DNA of 64,000 nucleotides from the human T2T-CHM13v2.0 reference genome, Homo sapiens (GCF_009914755.1 NC_060926.1); one strand, 5' to 3'; shown: positions 14,272-29,511, numbered from the stretch's first letter. Notes: generated from the sequence alone by a model not told the origin. Made by a program: numbers and translations.

Positions 14272-14644
14272 GCTAGACAGCAGAGACAGGCAGCAGGAAG
14301 GCGTGGGAAAGGAGACCGAGGCATGTGCTGTCTGGCTCGTCATGGGCGTCAGGCCTTGAATAAAATTAGTTTTAATGAGCTGTACTCGAAGGTACTAGAC
14401 TGGAGAGAGTCGTTTTGGGTTTTTTTTGTTTTTTCCTTCCTACCAAACTGGAATTGTACTTGTCTGTCTTTCTTTGTAACATCCCAATTAGCAAGCCAGT
14501 AACTCCAGTCCCAGTTTGGAGGAAATGGAACATGTAGAAGAATAAAGAAATAAAAGTACCTCTGGGATTATACGATGAGTAAGTAAGAAGAAAAACACCA
14601 TTGGTGGCCATAGTTACTGCTGACCGCGTGCTTATAGCTAAGTG

Positions 14645-14710
14645 CGAGAATGCAGGGGAGCATTTAGTGCAGGGCCTGCCGCACACAGCTCGCTCAATAA
14701 ATGCGGCGAT
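14645..14710 (+). mobile_element. MIR/L2-tail fragment
   Basis: agcatttagtgcagggcctgccgcacacagctcgctcaataaatg resembles the MIR 3' end. Confidence 0.55.
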
Positions 14711-15349
14711 CACTGTCATCCTGGAGAGAGCCCGGGTTTGCTGGGGACTTGAGACAAGCTACCACTGTGTCCCACGTGACTTTGGCAAGACCTTCCTGCA
14801 CGGAGACCGCGTTGCTCACACCTGGAAAGGGTGACTGGGTCCGCTCAGCGTCCAGCAAGTGGCTGTGATGGGCCGGCATGAGTGGGCAGATGGACAGTGA
14901 GACTGTGCTGCCAGGCCTTGCCCTTGAGGAGGGGCCACGGGCCAGACCACCACAGGCAGGGCAGAGCGATGAGGAATCCAGCAAAGGCCTTTGGCAGAAA
15001 CCAGATGCCCTGAGCACGGCAGCTGGCACAGCGCTCCTACATGTTCCCCCGTAGCTGTCTCTAAAACGGGAAGGTCTCATGCGTGCCGCACGGAGCACAC
15101 GACATTCACGCACTCTGCAAGGCCGACCTCCATCACATACTCAGCCTCAGCAAACTTGTTTTGTGGTTTTTCTTTACATGTAAAGGTTTGACCTTAATTT
15201 CTAGCATAGAAAACGTTTAAGAGACACTTTAAAAATTTGGCCTATGTATTTGGAGGATGGAGATGAGACAGCGTTCGCCAACTCACATGATAACTTTGTC
15301 AGGAAAGAGAGTTAGGTGCAGTCCAAGTGAAATATGAATCGCTGTTTAG

Positions 15350-15766
<417 letters not shown>

Positions 15767-16444
15767 TGAGCCAGAAAGGCCTTATGATAGTTCTTTGCTC
15801 AGATGGGCGACTGTTTGCTTTTAATCATTTTAATATAAGAAAGACTGCAGAAAATATTCCAATTCAAATGTATGTGACCATGAAAAGGGTGGGTTCTTTC
15901 CAGGAGTTCTGGTTTGACTGTGGGAGGCCCTGCTGGCTTTTGTGCCTGTTGCTAAATGTGAACCCACAGAAAGTGTCATCACAGCCACACTGAAATGAGT
16001 TACTCTAGACATTGTCCTGCTGCAGTTACGAAAGCACTGACTAAACCGTGAGGAATCTCAGTTCAGCTTATCCCGTAATAGTCACTCGCTGATATTTTGC
16101 CTGAAATAACCCTTGAATCATGTTTGCTGGACAGACAAAGTCCAGACTGAACAGTGGTCTCAGTAATGCACAAAGCTCGGCAGGACCCCCTTTGCTAAGA
16201 ATGTCCTTGAAGCTGGAATGCATTTTCCTGGAATATTTGGTGACAGGGAGGTCACAGGGAGTGATGAGTCCCGCCCACATCCCTGTCAATCCCACCCTTG
16301 CAGGCGGAGCACAGGGCAGCTTCTGCCCCTCTCACCCTCAGTCTTAGGTCACGTCCCAAACCTGGGCCAGGGAAAGGAGGCACGAGCAAGGGATGGCTGA
16401 GCGGGGAGAAGCAGCACAGACCTTCCACAGGCACCCACTCACGG

Positions 16445-16620
16445 TGAGCCAGGCCCTGCGCTGAGCATTTCACCTCACGGTGTGACTGGCTTGTTTTACA
16501 GATCAGCAAACTGAGGTCTCCTGGTTAAGTGATATCCAGCTACAGGAGGCCACATAGATAATGGGGAAGCTAGAATTTGAACAGGGCCTCTGTGAACTCA
16601 GGGCCTGCACTCTCAGCTAA
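16445..16620 (-). mobile_element. MIR
   Basis: ttttacagatcagcaaactgagg...ggttaagtga...gctagaatttgaac core. Confidence 0.75.
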
Positions 16621-18364
16621 CAGCTGGTCCTCTCCCCCTCCACACAGTTGCTCACACATGCACTGACACACGTAGGCACACGTGCACACACCATCTCCTG
16701 CACGCCGCCTGCTTGTGGAAGTCCACATGGGACACCAGATAGTGTTGGAGGACAGCCCTGTCCATGGGCCCCTGTGGTGGGGCACAGCAGATGACTGTCA
16801 CTGAATAACCCCAGGCAGGCACAGATGCGTGACGCGTGAGCTGCCACCATGGGCATCGGCTCCTGCCTGCACTGGGATGCTTGCAGCAACCCTCGTTACC
16901 TGTGTGAGAAAGCTCTGTGTGGCCAGGATCTCCAGGCTGCCTCATGTGTAACATTATCCCCTGGTTATCATAGTAAAATAGTACGCTGGGCCTGCTCAGA
17001 TTCCTCACTACCCTGGAGACAATCTCGGAAATTTTATTTCAGAGTCATATTTTGCACAATTTGAGAAGTAGATGCTGAATTGCTTTTGCGTCTGGAAGTG
17101 CTTCTCCTTCCAGGGGGAGCCACTGGCTTGACCACAGCGAGGGCTCTGGCAATGAGGCTGGAGTCTCAGGAGGGAGGCTCAGCTTCCACAGTGTGATTTA
17201 AGCCCCATCTGGCGCACAGAATGTGCTAACCAGGCTGCAAGGGAAGCCCTCGGTGTTCGCTTTTCTGAGGACACGGGGAGGTGATAGCGGCGCTGTGGGC
17301 AAGAGCTTTTGCCAAAGGAGAATGGAGAAAAAGACGGAAGCACCCAGGCCGACTGGACTCACCGACGCCCCACACAAGTGCCTCGATCTGCATCTCTTGC
17401 AAATTATTTATCAGGCCTCGCTCATGGGTATTTTTACTGTTGCTGAAGAGCAAGGTCTCTGAATTCTGTTTTTCTAAAGGAAATGGAGATTGCAATACCT
17501 AGCTATTTGGGATATCTCTGAAGACGTTGTGACGTGGCTGCTACAGAACTTCTCAGACAGCCTCGCGCAGCTGACGACTGCATTGCCATCTGCACATACA
17601 GAAAACCCAGCCCCAGTAAGTTCCGGCTTGGGCAGGTCAGTGTGTTGTCTGAAGATGCTGGATCTGGGAAGAAGGATGAAGCAGGCAGGTTTTGCCCTTG
17701 AAGAACACAGCCATTTGTGGGAGTCAAGGCCCGAGAGCACCGTTGTGATCAGCAAGAACGACCACATATCAGCCCAGTGGATGCCCGAGCACACAGCAGA
17801 CCCCCACCCAGTTCTGAAACACTCCTGGGTGCACCTGGACCCGCCCTCTCCAGACCTCTCCTGTGTTGGGACCTCTCCTCATCTCCGCTGGGTTCAGCAG
17901 AGGGTTGCAGAGGCGGGACCCTGTGTGTACACGTGGTGCTGAGCTGCCAGAGATCTCAGCACGTCCCTCGTCCCCCGTCCTGCGCGTAGCTGCCATTAGC
18001 CTTCCGGGAGTACACTCCACCCTGCCGTCTCTGGTCAGAGGTCCTGCTAGGGCCTTGTGGCCTGTCAGGTGAGCCCACACTTAAAGCTCACATTCAGAGC
18101 CCTAGCTAACCTTTTCCAGCCCAGTGTTCTTCGCCTCATGTCCTTAGTCCCACCAGACAGTTGATTTGCTGTTGCCCAAACGGGACCACACTTGCTGCTT
18201 TGACCTCTCGTGGGCTGTTCCTGCTGCTCAGAACTCCCTTCTCTTTCTGCTTGTGCAAACCCTGCCCATTCTTGAGGGCTCACTGGAAGGACTTCTCTAA
18301 AGTCACCCCAGCCCTCTCAGCAAGCTCTCCCTTCCCTCTTCCCCAAGGCATCTACGGGGGATAA

Positions 18365-18590
18365 AAGCACAGGGCTCAGGAGCTGGGGTTTGGAACAAGA
18401 CAGACCCCGACCCTGGTCCAGCTGCTCAGGCTGGCGTGGCTCTGAGCAGTTTATCTCACCTTCATGGTGTCAGTCCCCCCATACAACCGCCTGCCGTGAG
18501 CAGTCATCATCGTCGTGTGTAGATGATAAAGTTTATCCATGTGAAATCCTCTGTGTCCTGCCTGGGACATGCCAGGAGCGCTGTAAGCGT
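18365..18590 (+). mobile_element. MIR
   Basis: agcacagggctc...ctctgagcagttt...atgtgaaa...tgcctgggacat. Confidence 0.6.
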
Positions 18591-21500
18591 AACTTGCTGT
18601 CTTTCCTATGTCTTGAGGATGGGTTGTGTTTGTTCCGTTCCTCACAGATCCAAGTGTAAGGGCGGCATTCCCAGGTCTCAGCAAAAGTACGTGTGCTCAG
18701 AATTGCCCTTGGAAGCCCCACTCCCACGGCGGGGCAGCCACCCCATAGAGTGACTCCAGTGCACACGTGGGCACGAGGCCCTCCAGGATGGGCTGTAGGA
18801 AGGGGCAAAAGCCGTGTCCCCACGCACGTATCCGGACACTCACACCCCACGCGCCAGCCTCAGAGCTCCTGCTGGCGCACCCTGCTCACCCCCAATGCCG
18901 CATCTCAGCACGGGATGGAGGACGCCACACGGAGTCAGATTGCAGTCGATGAGAGGTCAGTGGTGCAGGACAAGATGGGGTTGAACGGGGACTCGAGTCC
19001 AGCAGAAACGCCTGAACTAAATGTAGACAGAATTGACTGCGCTCTGTTTTAAGGAGAAAGAACTCAAATGGAATGAACACGTAAAAGCCAGCAGAGAGCT
19101 CTGTTCCGAAGGGACGTAGCGCTCAATGCCTACTTTAAACTCAGAGTGTTCAGCCACGGTTAGATTCTTGGAGAAACAGCCCTCAGAGAAGTCACTTTCA
19201 AGAAAGCACGTGTGTTTTCCAGCTCTTGCAGTGTTCTTCTCCCTGAAGCACCTCATCAGTACCTGTATCTTAATTATACGGTCTCTAAACTGGCTGTGTG
19301 TGAGCCATTCTGAAATGAGTTGGTGCCACTACGGAAGCAAAGAAGTATCACATGCACTGTCAGCACCTGTGTGCTGTGCTGTCAGAGGGGTAAATTTCAT
19401 AAGAAATACGTATATTAGTAACTGTCCCTCAAATGGTAAAATAATACTGCAGGTGCTTAGAAAGTACGGGACGAGGTTTTGGTTGCAGTCAGTGGAATCC
19501 GCAGTGGCTGCTATAAGCAGAAAAAGTTTATTCACGGACAGTAGTACAGGGAATCTTCATGAGGGCCCAGAGACAGGCCATTCTAGAGCCACAAAGCCAG
19601 GATGCCGTAGCACGTCACAGGCCCCTCCAGCAAGAATAGCACTGCCAGCTCTGCCTGGCATCTCAGAGTCTTGTCCCCACCCTGCAGACCCAGGTCCCCC
19701 ACACGGCCTCCTGCTTCCGCTGCCTCCTCAGGCCATGTCACCTTATGTGCGTGCATCTCTCTGGGGGCCCAGGCTGCGGGGTTGCCCCTCCTGCAAGAGT
19801 AGGAATGTAGGCCTCCTGGTTCCTCCTTGAAAGGACCCCTGACAGGTGGGAAATGGACAGAATCGGGGAAGGCAGGGCCAGCAGCAGTCATGAGCATCCC
19901 TTACAAATCACATTGTAACATCTGAAGTCATGTAACACAAAGCTAAACGCGCGTGGAATAAGATTGATTTCGTTTCTCTGAGATTAGTTTCTACTCTTAT
20001 GTGCATGGAGATACAAGGGAGGCTCGGCATTTTCTACAATCTTGAATGTTATCTCCAGACCAGGGAGGATTTGGGTTTCATCAGCATTGAAGGTGGGAGA
20101 TGAGGTGGGCATCGCGTCGATGCTGAGTCTCGGGGAGAAAGCTAGGAAATGTCCCCAGCAGGTAGGGAAACGCTTGGCAAAGCACAAAGGCAGAGGGACC
20201 CACATAGCTGGGCCCATTCTGCTCACGCCCTGGCACTACTGCAAGAACTGTGGTTTTCCGGGTCAACCCTAGCGAGGAGGGAGCACAAGCAGAGCTTCTC
20301 TGCGGAGAAGGCAGATTTCCAGCTCCTAAGAACACCCTGTTCCACAAGGAAGCTGACGTGCCCCTCCCCAGGGACCCACGCCAAAAGGCCATTCTTCCAG
20401 GCCAGCGTCCCAGGGCGCTGCTGTGCGTGGTTCGCAGCCCCGGCAAACGATGGCCTGCACTGCGTGCTGTCCGCCCTGTTCCTGCTGGACTCTCTGCACT
20501 GTGTCCTGATCACCCTCTCAGCTGATAGTGGGCACTGCAGTGTGAATCTTCTCATGGACAACAGACCAATCCTGCCTCCACCAGTGCCGTCGCCAAATCA
20601 GTAACACAGAGCAACCTCAAACATTTCTGAATGTTTAGGTCATCTAATACTTGGCAAAAGAGTGGGCCGAACACCTCCACCCTCAGCTTTCTCTTCTGTT
20701 TGTGTGTGAGTGTGTGTAGCAGAGTCTGAGAAAGATACATACAGCCACCTTCCTTTTCTGAGCTTGGGAAAATTTGAACAAGAGCACTGAAATGCAAACA
20801 CTAATCAAAAAGGAAGTATTTTCCATTTTAATTCTAAAGAGTGGAAATAGAAAAAAATGATTTTGCTAAAACAAAATATGCAGACACCTTTGGGAAAACG
20901 TGCTATAAAGGAACCATGCTAACTCCAGAGATGACCCAGCCGGACAGAGGTGAAAGGGGTGGACGGACAGCAAGGTTCTAGATGATTCCACACAGTTGGG
21001 CTGAGAACACTGTCACCGCACCTCCTCTTTGTGTTTAAAATTTTGCATTGAATGTAGGTGCCTCTGAAATATGCGAGCTAAAAATAGGAAGCTCACTCAC
21101 TGACCACACCAACAGTTGCCCGGTCACACGAGAAGATACACTGGCGAATACAAGGATGGCACAGATGCCCTCACTTTGTGTTAGGCCTCCGAGGAGCTGA
21201 CTTTCAATTTTAATATTTCAAAACGTATTCTACTTTTGAATAGCAATCCTTATTCTTTCCAAGAAATTCATAGCATAATTCTGGGCACTGAGCAAAGGGT
21301 CACCTGTTCGGTTTGTGTGCTGTTCACATTCCAGCTGGAAACCCTGGCTCAAATTACAGAATTGTACTTGGGGTTTAATGCCTGCATATAAGGGAGGATC
21401 CATCTCCCCCCTCGGCCTCGTCCCGCAGGCAGAACTATCATAGCCACGTTCCCTGCCAACTGTCAGCGCACCCGCCAGACAGGTGACAGCCGTGTTTCAA

Positions 21501-22614
21501 AACTCACATGCCTGCTGTGATCATTTCCACAGTCCCTTCATCTTCATCACACAGAGCCTCCTTTAGAGCACCAGGGCCTCCACACAGCAAGGGGGCTGGG
21601 GGTTAGGAGGAGAGAGAATGGGGCCCAGTGGGAATTTCCAGTTCTGAAGGAAATCTGTGTTGTAAGCAAGATTGAAGTCATTTGTATTCCAGAGGAGTTT
21701 CTCACATAATCTAAATTAAGGAGGGGCAGAAGCAACTGATCTTCAAACAGAAGAAGCATTATATTCATACTTCTTAGAATTACTTCACTCCAACTTAGAT
21801 TCCACCTCAGAATCTCTTGACTTGGGTCTTAGAGGGTCCTCACTGGGACTTGGGACTGAGAGGGTCCTCACTTGGACTTGGGTCTGAGAGGATCCTCACT
21901 TGGACTGGGAAAGTAGCTGTGGTGCGCAGGTGCAAGTCCAGCAGCCAAGCACAGACGAGGGGCCTGTGCTTGGCATTGGGGCAGCTGAGCGCAGGGTGGT
22001 TCTGCAGTGTCTGTGGCCAGTCCTAGGCCTCGGTGTCCTGGACCAAAGGTCAGAGCCCAAGGTGATCAGGCAGGAGAAAGCCTCAGCCACTGCAGGAGTG
22101 GTGGGAAGTTGGGATAAACCAGCCACCCCAGGCAGGACGAAGGGGGACGGGATGCAGGACCACTCACCGCTATGGCTGAGAGGACCTCAGCAAGAACCAA
22201 GGTCACCTCTGACCGAGTTCCCAGAGAGCAGGAACCCAGGGCAGGGTGGGGAGACGCTGAGGTGGAAGAAGGGAAGGAAGGGCCAGGGAAGCGCTGTGAA
22301 GCTGGGAAAGACTTGAGCACGTTTTACAGAGGGGCACGACCCCAGGCTCCAGGAGGGGTGCGGGCACCTTGACCGTCTCGACGAGGAGGGTGGTTTTACG
22401 CACACAGCCACGTACCAGCATCCCTCAGGTTGTACGATCTGAAGACATGCAGGTTCCTGTACATCAGCCATAGCTCAACAGAGACCTTCAAATAGAAAAA
22501 GAAGAGACTGACTTCTGGCTGCCAGCCTGAGCCGTGGAGTGTGCTGGCTACAGTCAGGGAAAGAGTGGGGAGAGCGTCCTCCAGCCCCTGCCACCCTGTG
22601 AGGCCTCATCATGC

Positions 22615-22825
22615 TGATGTGACACCGAAGTGCAAGCAAAAAGAAAATGTAGGTAAGTGGGATTTCACCAAAACTAAAAACTGTTGTGCTTTAAAGGACA
22701 CCATAAAGAAAAAGTAAAAAGACAACCTATGGCATGGGAGACATTGCTTGCAAATCCCGTATCTGATAAGAGACTTACATCCAGAATATATGAAGAACTC
22801 TTACAGCTGCTAAATTAAAAACGAT
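22615..22825 (+). mobile_element. Old L1 ORF2 3' fragment (L1M)
   Basis: aaaactaaaaac...aaaggacaccataaaga...tgcaaatc...atctgataagagacttacatccagaatata. Confidence 0.8.
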
Positions 22826-22834
22826 TCATGGCAC

Positions 22835-23150
22835 TAGCATGCAGCAGGGGAGAGACTGGACTCAACTCTGACTTCACGGAGGACAGGTGGGAACTGACAA
22901 CCAGGGACCAGGGTCAGGGTCAGCGTCCCTGGTTGGAAAATCACCCAGAGGAAGCTTCAAGAAGGGGTTTCTGGCCAAGCAGACTTGATAGGATCGTTGC
23001 TGACAGCCGGCCAGGGTGGTAGGATCTCCAGGTGCTAAGACACCGAGGGCGGGGACTTTTCTTAAACTGACTTAGCAGGATTCTTGCTCACACTGGATTC
23101 TACAAGGACAGAGAAGGAAGGCAAGGTCAAGCTTGTCTGGTAGAGGAGGC
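22835..23150 (-). mobile_element. ERV1-class LTR fragment (MER31-like)
   Basis: aaactgacttagcaggattcttgct...ctggattctacaaggacagaga motif. Confidence 0.7.
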
Positions 23151-23529
23151 TTCTGCACGGATGCAGCCTAATTTATGCATTGACAGCCTGCCTGGTTCCC
23201 AGCAGGCCCTCGGGTTCTGCAGAGAGAGCAGGTGAGGGGGGGTCAGGGGAAAGGAGAGCACCCCTGGGGCCGGCTCTGCTGTGCTCACGCCGGGACGGGA
23301 AGAGGAGCTGGTGAAGGAGAACTCAAGAAAAACATGGAAGAGAAGCTAGGGTACTCTGAAATAGATCGCATCTTTCTTTTATTCGTTTATGTACATTAGC
23401 CTGGGGGGATTTGCCCAGTTGGAATGGAACAGTTTTTCTGATAAGCTTTAAAATACAAGAATGTTTTATAACATAAAAATTTAGACTAAAGTTTTCCGTG
23501 TTGGTTTTTGGGTAGGGTTTTTCTGGTGG

Positions 23530-23819
23530 GTTTTTTTGTCTGTTTTTGAGACGAGGCCTCGCTCTGTCACCCACACTGGAGTGCAGAGGCGCAAATGCAG
23601 CTCACTGCAGCCTTGACCTCCTGGGCTCAAGCAATCCTCCCGCCTCAGCCTCCCGAGTAGCTGGGAACAGGAATGCACCACCATGCCCAGCTAAGTTTTT
23701 TGTAGAGAGGGGGTCTTGCCATGTTGCCCAGGCTGGTCTCAAACTCCTGGCCTCAAGCAATCCTCCTGCCTCTGCCTCCCAAAGTGCTGGGATTACAGGC
23801 ATGAGCCACTGGGCCCAGC
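23530..23819 (-). mobile_element. Alu (J-like)
   Basis: tttgagacgaggcctcgctctgtcaccc...gggattacaggcatgagccactgggcccagc. Confidence 0.93.
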
Positions 23820-24209
23820 TGAAATGAGTTTTCTGTATCAATTGCAGACCTATGCTTCTGTGACTAAAGTTGATCAGTGGTAAATATGAAAAGAACTGGG
23901 TTTTCTAGCTGACTACAGATTTAATATCATCTAGCAACCTATGTGGCTGTTAACATAGCTGTTCTGTCTTTGGATGGTTTAAAATCATCTGACTCCCACA
24001 CCACAGAGAAGAATCATTCTTGCCTTCCTCTCCAGTCAACAGCTCACAGCCATGGACTGCAGGACACTCCGCCTTGAGAACACTTTAAAATGGCCATTGC
24101 CCATCTGTAATGGCTTCCGTGCCACCAAGGTGATGAGGAATCCCAAAACTGTGACAGAGAAGCAGGTGAAGGAGCTGAGAACTGGAGCTCTCCCCCACCC
24201 CTCAGTGCC

Positions 24210-24567
24210 TGTATTAGTTGGGGCTCTCTAGAGGGACAGGACTCATAGAATAGATGAATCTATGAAGGGGAGTTTATTAGGAGAATTGACTCTCGATCAC
24301 AAGGTGAGGTCCCACAATAGCTGAGGAGCAAGGAAGCCAGTCCAAGTCCCAGAACCTCGGCAAGTCTGCTCTTTCCAACTTCTGCCTGCTTTATTCTGGC
24401 TGTGATGGCAGCTGAAGAGATGGTGCCTACCCAGATTAAGGGCGGGTCGGCCTCCCCCAGCCCACTGACTCAAGTGTTCATCTCCTTTGGCAACACCCTC
24501 ACAGACACACCCAGGATCAATACTTTGCATCCTTCAATTAAATTGACACTCAGTATTAACCTTGACA
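24210..24567 (-). mobile_element. ERVL solo LTR (MLT2A-like) with 5-bp TSD
   Basis: TG...CA ends (tgtattagtt...ttgacactcagtattaaccttgaca) flanked by GTGCC / GCGCC. Confidence 0.85.
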
Positions 24568-25143
24568 GCGCCCAAGGAGGGGAGGGCCAGACCCAGCGCA
24601 CAGTTCCAGTTTCTGCCACGGAAACACTGACCATGTGTTGCTCTTAAGGTCGGAGCTCCAGGGCGGCGTTTCCCCGGGTTTCTGCGTTTATAAGTGATGT
24701 TAGTATCTGGTTTGCGTGTGCACAGGTGACATCTCAAAAGGATATGGTGGCTGTTTTCTGTCTTCATATAAGTTAGAAGCTTGCTTTCTCTCTCTCTGGA
24801 AAACTTGAGTAATGTGGAATGATCTATTCCCTGAAGGTTTGAGTATTCACCTAAGAATTGCCTTTGCTGAGCACATGAGGTGTGCTGTGTGCTTTTCCTA
24901 ATTTATTATTATGAATCTGCCTTAGTGTTGTGTGCCTGAGGATTTTTCTGTGTTTCTGGGAACCATTTTGGTAACTGAGAGTTTTCTAGAAAGCCACCTG
25001 TTTGGTCCCTGTTTTCTCGTGGATTCGCACAGAGTAAAAGACAGTGCTCTTACCATTATTTCCATTTCCTTGTTCTGCCTGTAGCTATTTCTACTTTTAC
25101 ATTTCTGTTTATGCTTCCTTTTTCTGGATTAGTTTATACACTG

Positions 25144-25462
25144 TTTTTTGTCTTTTTCTTTGTGAGACAGGATCTTGCTCTGTCTGCCAGGCTGGAGTGC
25201 AGTGGCACAGGTATGATTCACTGCAGAACTCCTGGGCTCAAGAGATTCACCTGCCTTAGCCTCTCATGTAGCTGGGGACCACAGTGCTTACGGCCACACC
25301 TGGTGCTTACGGCCACACCTGGCTAATTTTCTTTTCTTTTTTAATGGAGACAAGGTCTCACTTTGTTGCCCGGTCTGGTCTTGAACTCCTGAAATTCAGC
25401 GATCCTCCCACCTCGGCCTCCCAAAGGGCTGAGATTACAGGTGTGAGCCACCATGCCCAGCC
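25144..25462 (-). mobile_element. Alu (J-like) with an internal 19-bp tandem duplication
   Basis: Alu dimer; gtgcttacggccacacctg x2 at about 25284-25321. Confidence 0.92.
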
Positions 25463-25764
25463 ACTGTATTTCCTTTTTAATAGTGTCTTTTACTGATTTG
25501 TTTTCTACATATTCTGGAATACTTTTAATTGCATTTTTATGTTTAATTTTTTCAGTTGCTCCTAACTTTTAGAAATCGGTAGGATTTTGTATCCTAATTA
25601 CATTTTAATAATTCTGAAAATGTCAAGTTACTTTCTAATCATCAGGAAAGTCAGTGGGTAGCAAAGAATATCCCAAGATTTCTCTGTTATCTTCCTCTGA
25701 GACATTGAGTAAAGTCCCATGCCAGCCTCAGGAGGCCTTGCAGTGCGGAGGATCAGCACACGGT

Positions 25765-25960
25765 CTGGGCGTTGGACAGCCTGGGTGTTGACCACAGTGT
25801 TCTGTGTTAGCTGTGTGACCTCAGAAAATTGTCTCATCTTTCCAAGCCCGACGACTTCATCTAGAAAGCGAAGCTAGCGACAGCATCTGCATCCCAGGCT
25901 GTCGCGAGGGTCAGGCGAGCTGTGCTTGTAAGCGCTTGCCACGGCCGCCGGCACACGTTA
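25765..25960 (+). mobile_element. MIR (CpG-rich)
   Basis: ttagctgtgtgacctcag...tcatctagaaa...tgtaagcgcttgccacgg..ccggcacac. Confidence 0.6.
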
Positions 25961-27729
25961 ATCTTGATCGGTCTTGATGATGGGCTGTAATCATCTTCAG
26001 TTCAGTGTCTCACACGGTCCTGTTAGACAGGAGATGCAGGCGTTCGAGCTGAGGGCCGCGTCACGGAGCCCATGCTGCCTTCGGTTTCTTTTTAGTCCGC
26101 AAGTGGGAAATCGATAGTAGTGGACTTCAAACGGCTTCGGACTGTGCAGACGACGGGCAGCGATGGACAGATGCCATTCAGTGTGTGGTGTGTGTGCACG
26201 CCTGTGTTTTCTCTTGTTTCATTCTGTTTTTTCTTCCTCCTCGTATGGTATTTCTTTTGTGGGATAACAGCAACAGTTGTGAAGGGCCTGAGATGTTATC
26301 CTGTTTCCAAGCTGTGGAGTTAGCTGCCACTTTCATGGATGCTGGCAAAAAATGTAAGATTCCTACGTTAGAGAGGAAGGCTATTTATTACACAGCAACA
26401 GCAGTACAGCCAGAGTGGCATTCTTCCCACCAGCCACGGGGCCCTGATTCCTCAGGGTCTTCACCGAGGGCCTCATGAGGCCTGCAGTGGGCTGTGTGGC
26501 TGGAGAGGAATCCTGAACTTAGAACACCCAAATCCTTGCTACTGGGAGGCGAGCCTGCCTGCCCTTTGCCCCAGAGGGATGCAGTTTAGCTTACAAGGCT
26601 GTCCTCTAAACAGGCATCCTTGTGTAAATGCTTTGAACAAAGCCTTGTCACTGTCTGTGCTTGGAAGACATGCAGAAACATGACACCCATGGAGAACCAT
26701 CTCCCCACCAGTCATCTGAGAAGTTAGCAGGCTTGTTTTAATGCTGGACAGATGCTTGGCGTGGACAGTCTAAGAGTTAACTAGGCTGCTCAGTATGATA
26801 GTGATGGGTGCCCCAGCCCTCCTCATGGAGGTGAGCCGCGCGCATTCAGCTTGTTTCTCATCGAGACAGAGGACAGCATTCTGTTAAGTTTCTGCTGCTG
26901 CCATGATAACAGAGCTCGCTGTCACATTCTGGCTCCCGCAGGCTGTGCCCCGGACACAAAGCAACTCTGTCTTTACCCTCGTGAGCGCGGCTTGGGCCAT
27001 AATAGGACTTTTCTTTCATTTGTATCTATTTCTTATTGTAAGCCTTAGATCATTTATTCCCTTCCTTACACTTCTAGAGGTGAAAGAAAACCCAAGTCTG
27101 CCTTTGTAAAACCAAGCTGTGGCCTCAGGAGTCAGGGCTGGGGCACTCAGCCTTCCACCCCCCAGGCCTCCTCTGCCACAGGCCTGCTGCATCCGGCTGC
27201 ATTTCAGTCGGGCAGCCGGTGGGTTTCCTGACATGCGTGATAAGAGTGGGTTTGAGTTTGGTTTGGCTTGTTTTTTACAGTTGAATTCTATATTATTTGG
27301 TCAAAATATTACTTTGCAATTTGCAAATGTGGTGGCACCTACCATTTTACTAGCCACAAGTAACTCATAAGTTGACGTAGGACCTGCTCATATTATACCA
27401 ATATTTTAAGTATTTTATGTTTCATCTTATTAGTTATTCATTTTATTTTATCTAATGCTCTGCCAGAATTCATTCCAAAAGGTAAAAATTACTAAACTAT
27501 AAGACTCTTAAATAAGGCGTGTATATTAGCAACTTAGTTTCTGACATATAGAACATTAACATTCCACTGTATCTTAAATGTCTTTTGCCTTTTTATTAAA
27601 AAATGATTAAATGGTTACTGAAGTTTTCCTCTGCCTGACATATAAATGTCTTCATATTCTAACATGATATTAGGGAACTAAATATATGAGTATAGACTTA
27701 ATATTTCTTTTGTCAACTAAACTGACTAA

Positions 27730-27846
<117 letters not shown>

Positions 27847-28149
27847 TAAATATTTTAAAACTAAATATATGTTTTCTCAAATTTCCCAGAGGCGTTCAAG
27901 CCCCACTTACTGAGTTGGAAAGCTCCCTAGAGAAGGCGCTTCTCCCTGTATCTCCTCTTGCCCTGTGTCTCTCAGAGCGGAGACCCAAGGAGTATACAGG
28001 TGTTTTCTTGAATCGCAGTGATGTTCTTTTAGTCACAGAAGCTGATTTTTAAGGAGCTATTCCCCCTTGTTCTTCAGAGAAGCGCTTGTATTGCCCCCGT
28101 TTTCAGCGTATGTGTGTGTAAAGGTCACCATTGCTGGCGTAGCGGCCGT

Positions 28150-28233
28150 TCTGGATCCTGTGCTCTGGTGTTCTGTGTCTGGATCCCGTGCTCTGGTGTT
28201 CTGTGTCTGGATCCCGTGCTCTGGTGTTCTGTG
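28150..28233 (+). repeat. Tandem repeat, 28-bp unit x3
   Basis: tctggatcc(c/t)gtgctctggtgttctgtg at 28150, 28178, 28206. Confidence 0.95.
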
Positions 28234-28400
28234 GTAGAACGCACAGCGTCGTGCGAGTGCACGTTCGTGAGGAGGAAACACGCCTTGGACAAAGCCTGCA
28301 GCCAGGATCAGAAAGCGTAAATAAAGCAGGTGTCCGCTTTTAGCAGGAAGTCATTTAGGTGAAGTTACTCTATCTCAATTAACAAAAACTAGAGTGGCTT

Positions 28401-28716
<316 letters not shown>

Positions 28717-28895
28717 TTAATGTGCGAGCCTGAATGCAAAACGCAGCTCACCGCCTCTACCTGGAGATCAGGAACCCCGGGCCACACAGGGCCATACGCT
28801 GGGTCTCTGTGGGATCCAAAGCCCCTGTGGGTTGTGTTGGGGGACAGCAGCTCCTGGGCTTTCCCCGCTAACTGCCACCGTTGCTTGTGTTACAG

Positions 28896-28983
28896 CGCGT
28901 TCCTTCACCTCGGGCAGAATAACTTTGCAGAAGCCCACAGGTTCTTCACAGAGATCTTAAGGATGGATCCAAGAAACGCAGTG
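28896..28983 (+). CDS. TRAPPC12: TRAPPC12 penultimate coding exon, TPR ((S)[29 protein letters not shown])
   Basis: Acceptor tgttacag|C and donor GTG|gtaaga; 88 nt, phase 2 to 0. Confidence 0.97.
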
Positions 28984-29268
28984 GTAAGATCCCCAAGCTG
29001 CAGGATCCTCCATCCTCTGCCTTTCACAGACGCTAGAAACATACACCCACACACGTCTCAGCAGGGGCCTGCGCTCTCTCTCTCCAGTCCACCAGCTCCA
29101 GGCAGTGGCTGTGGCCCTTAGGGGAAGTGACCCAACAGGGCCACCTAGGCTCTGCCCAGCAGCTCTGCACCACCCCCAGGCCCCTAACACGGCCCAGCAC
29201 GCAGCCTGGAATGGGCGGGCGTCTGTCCTGGTTGTGTGGGCCAACCCTGGGCGTGTGCTCCTCCCTAG

Positions 29269-29511
<243 letters not shown>

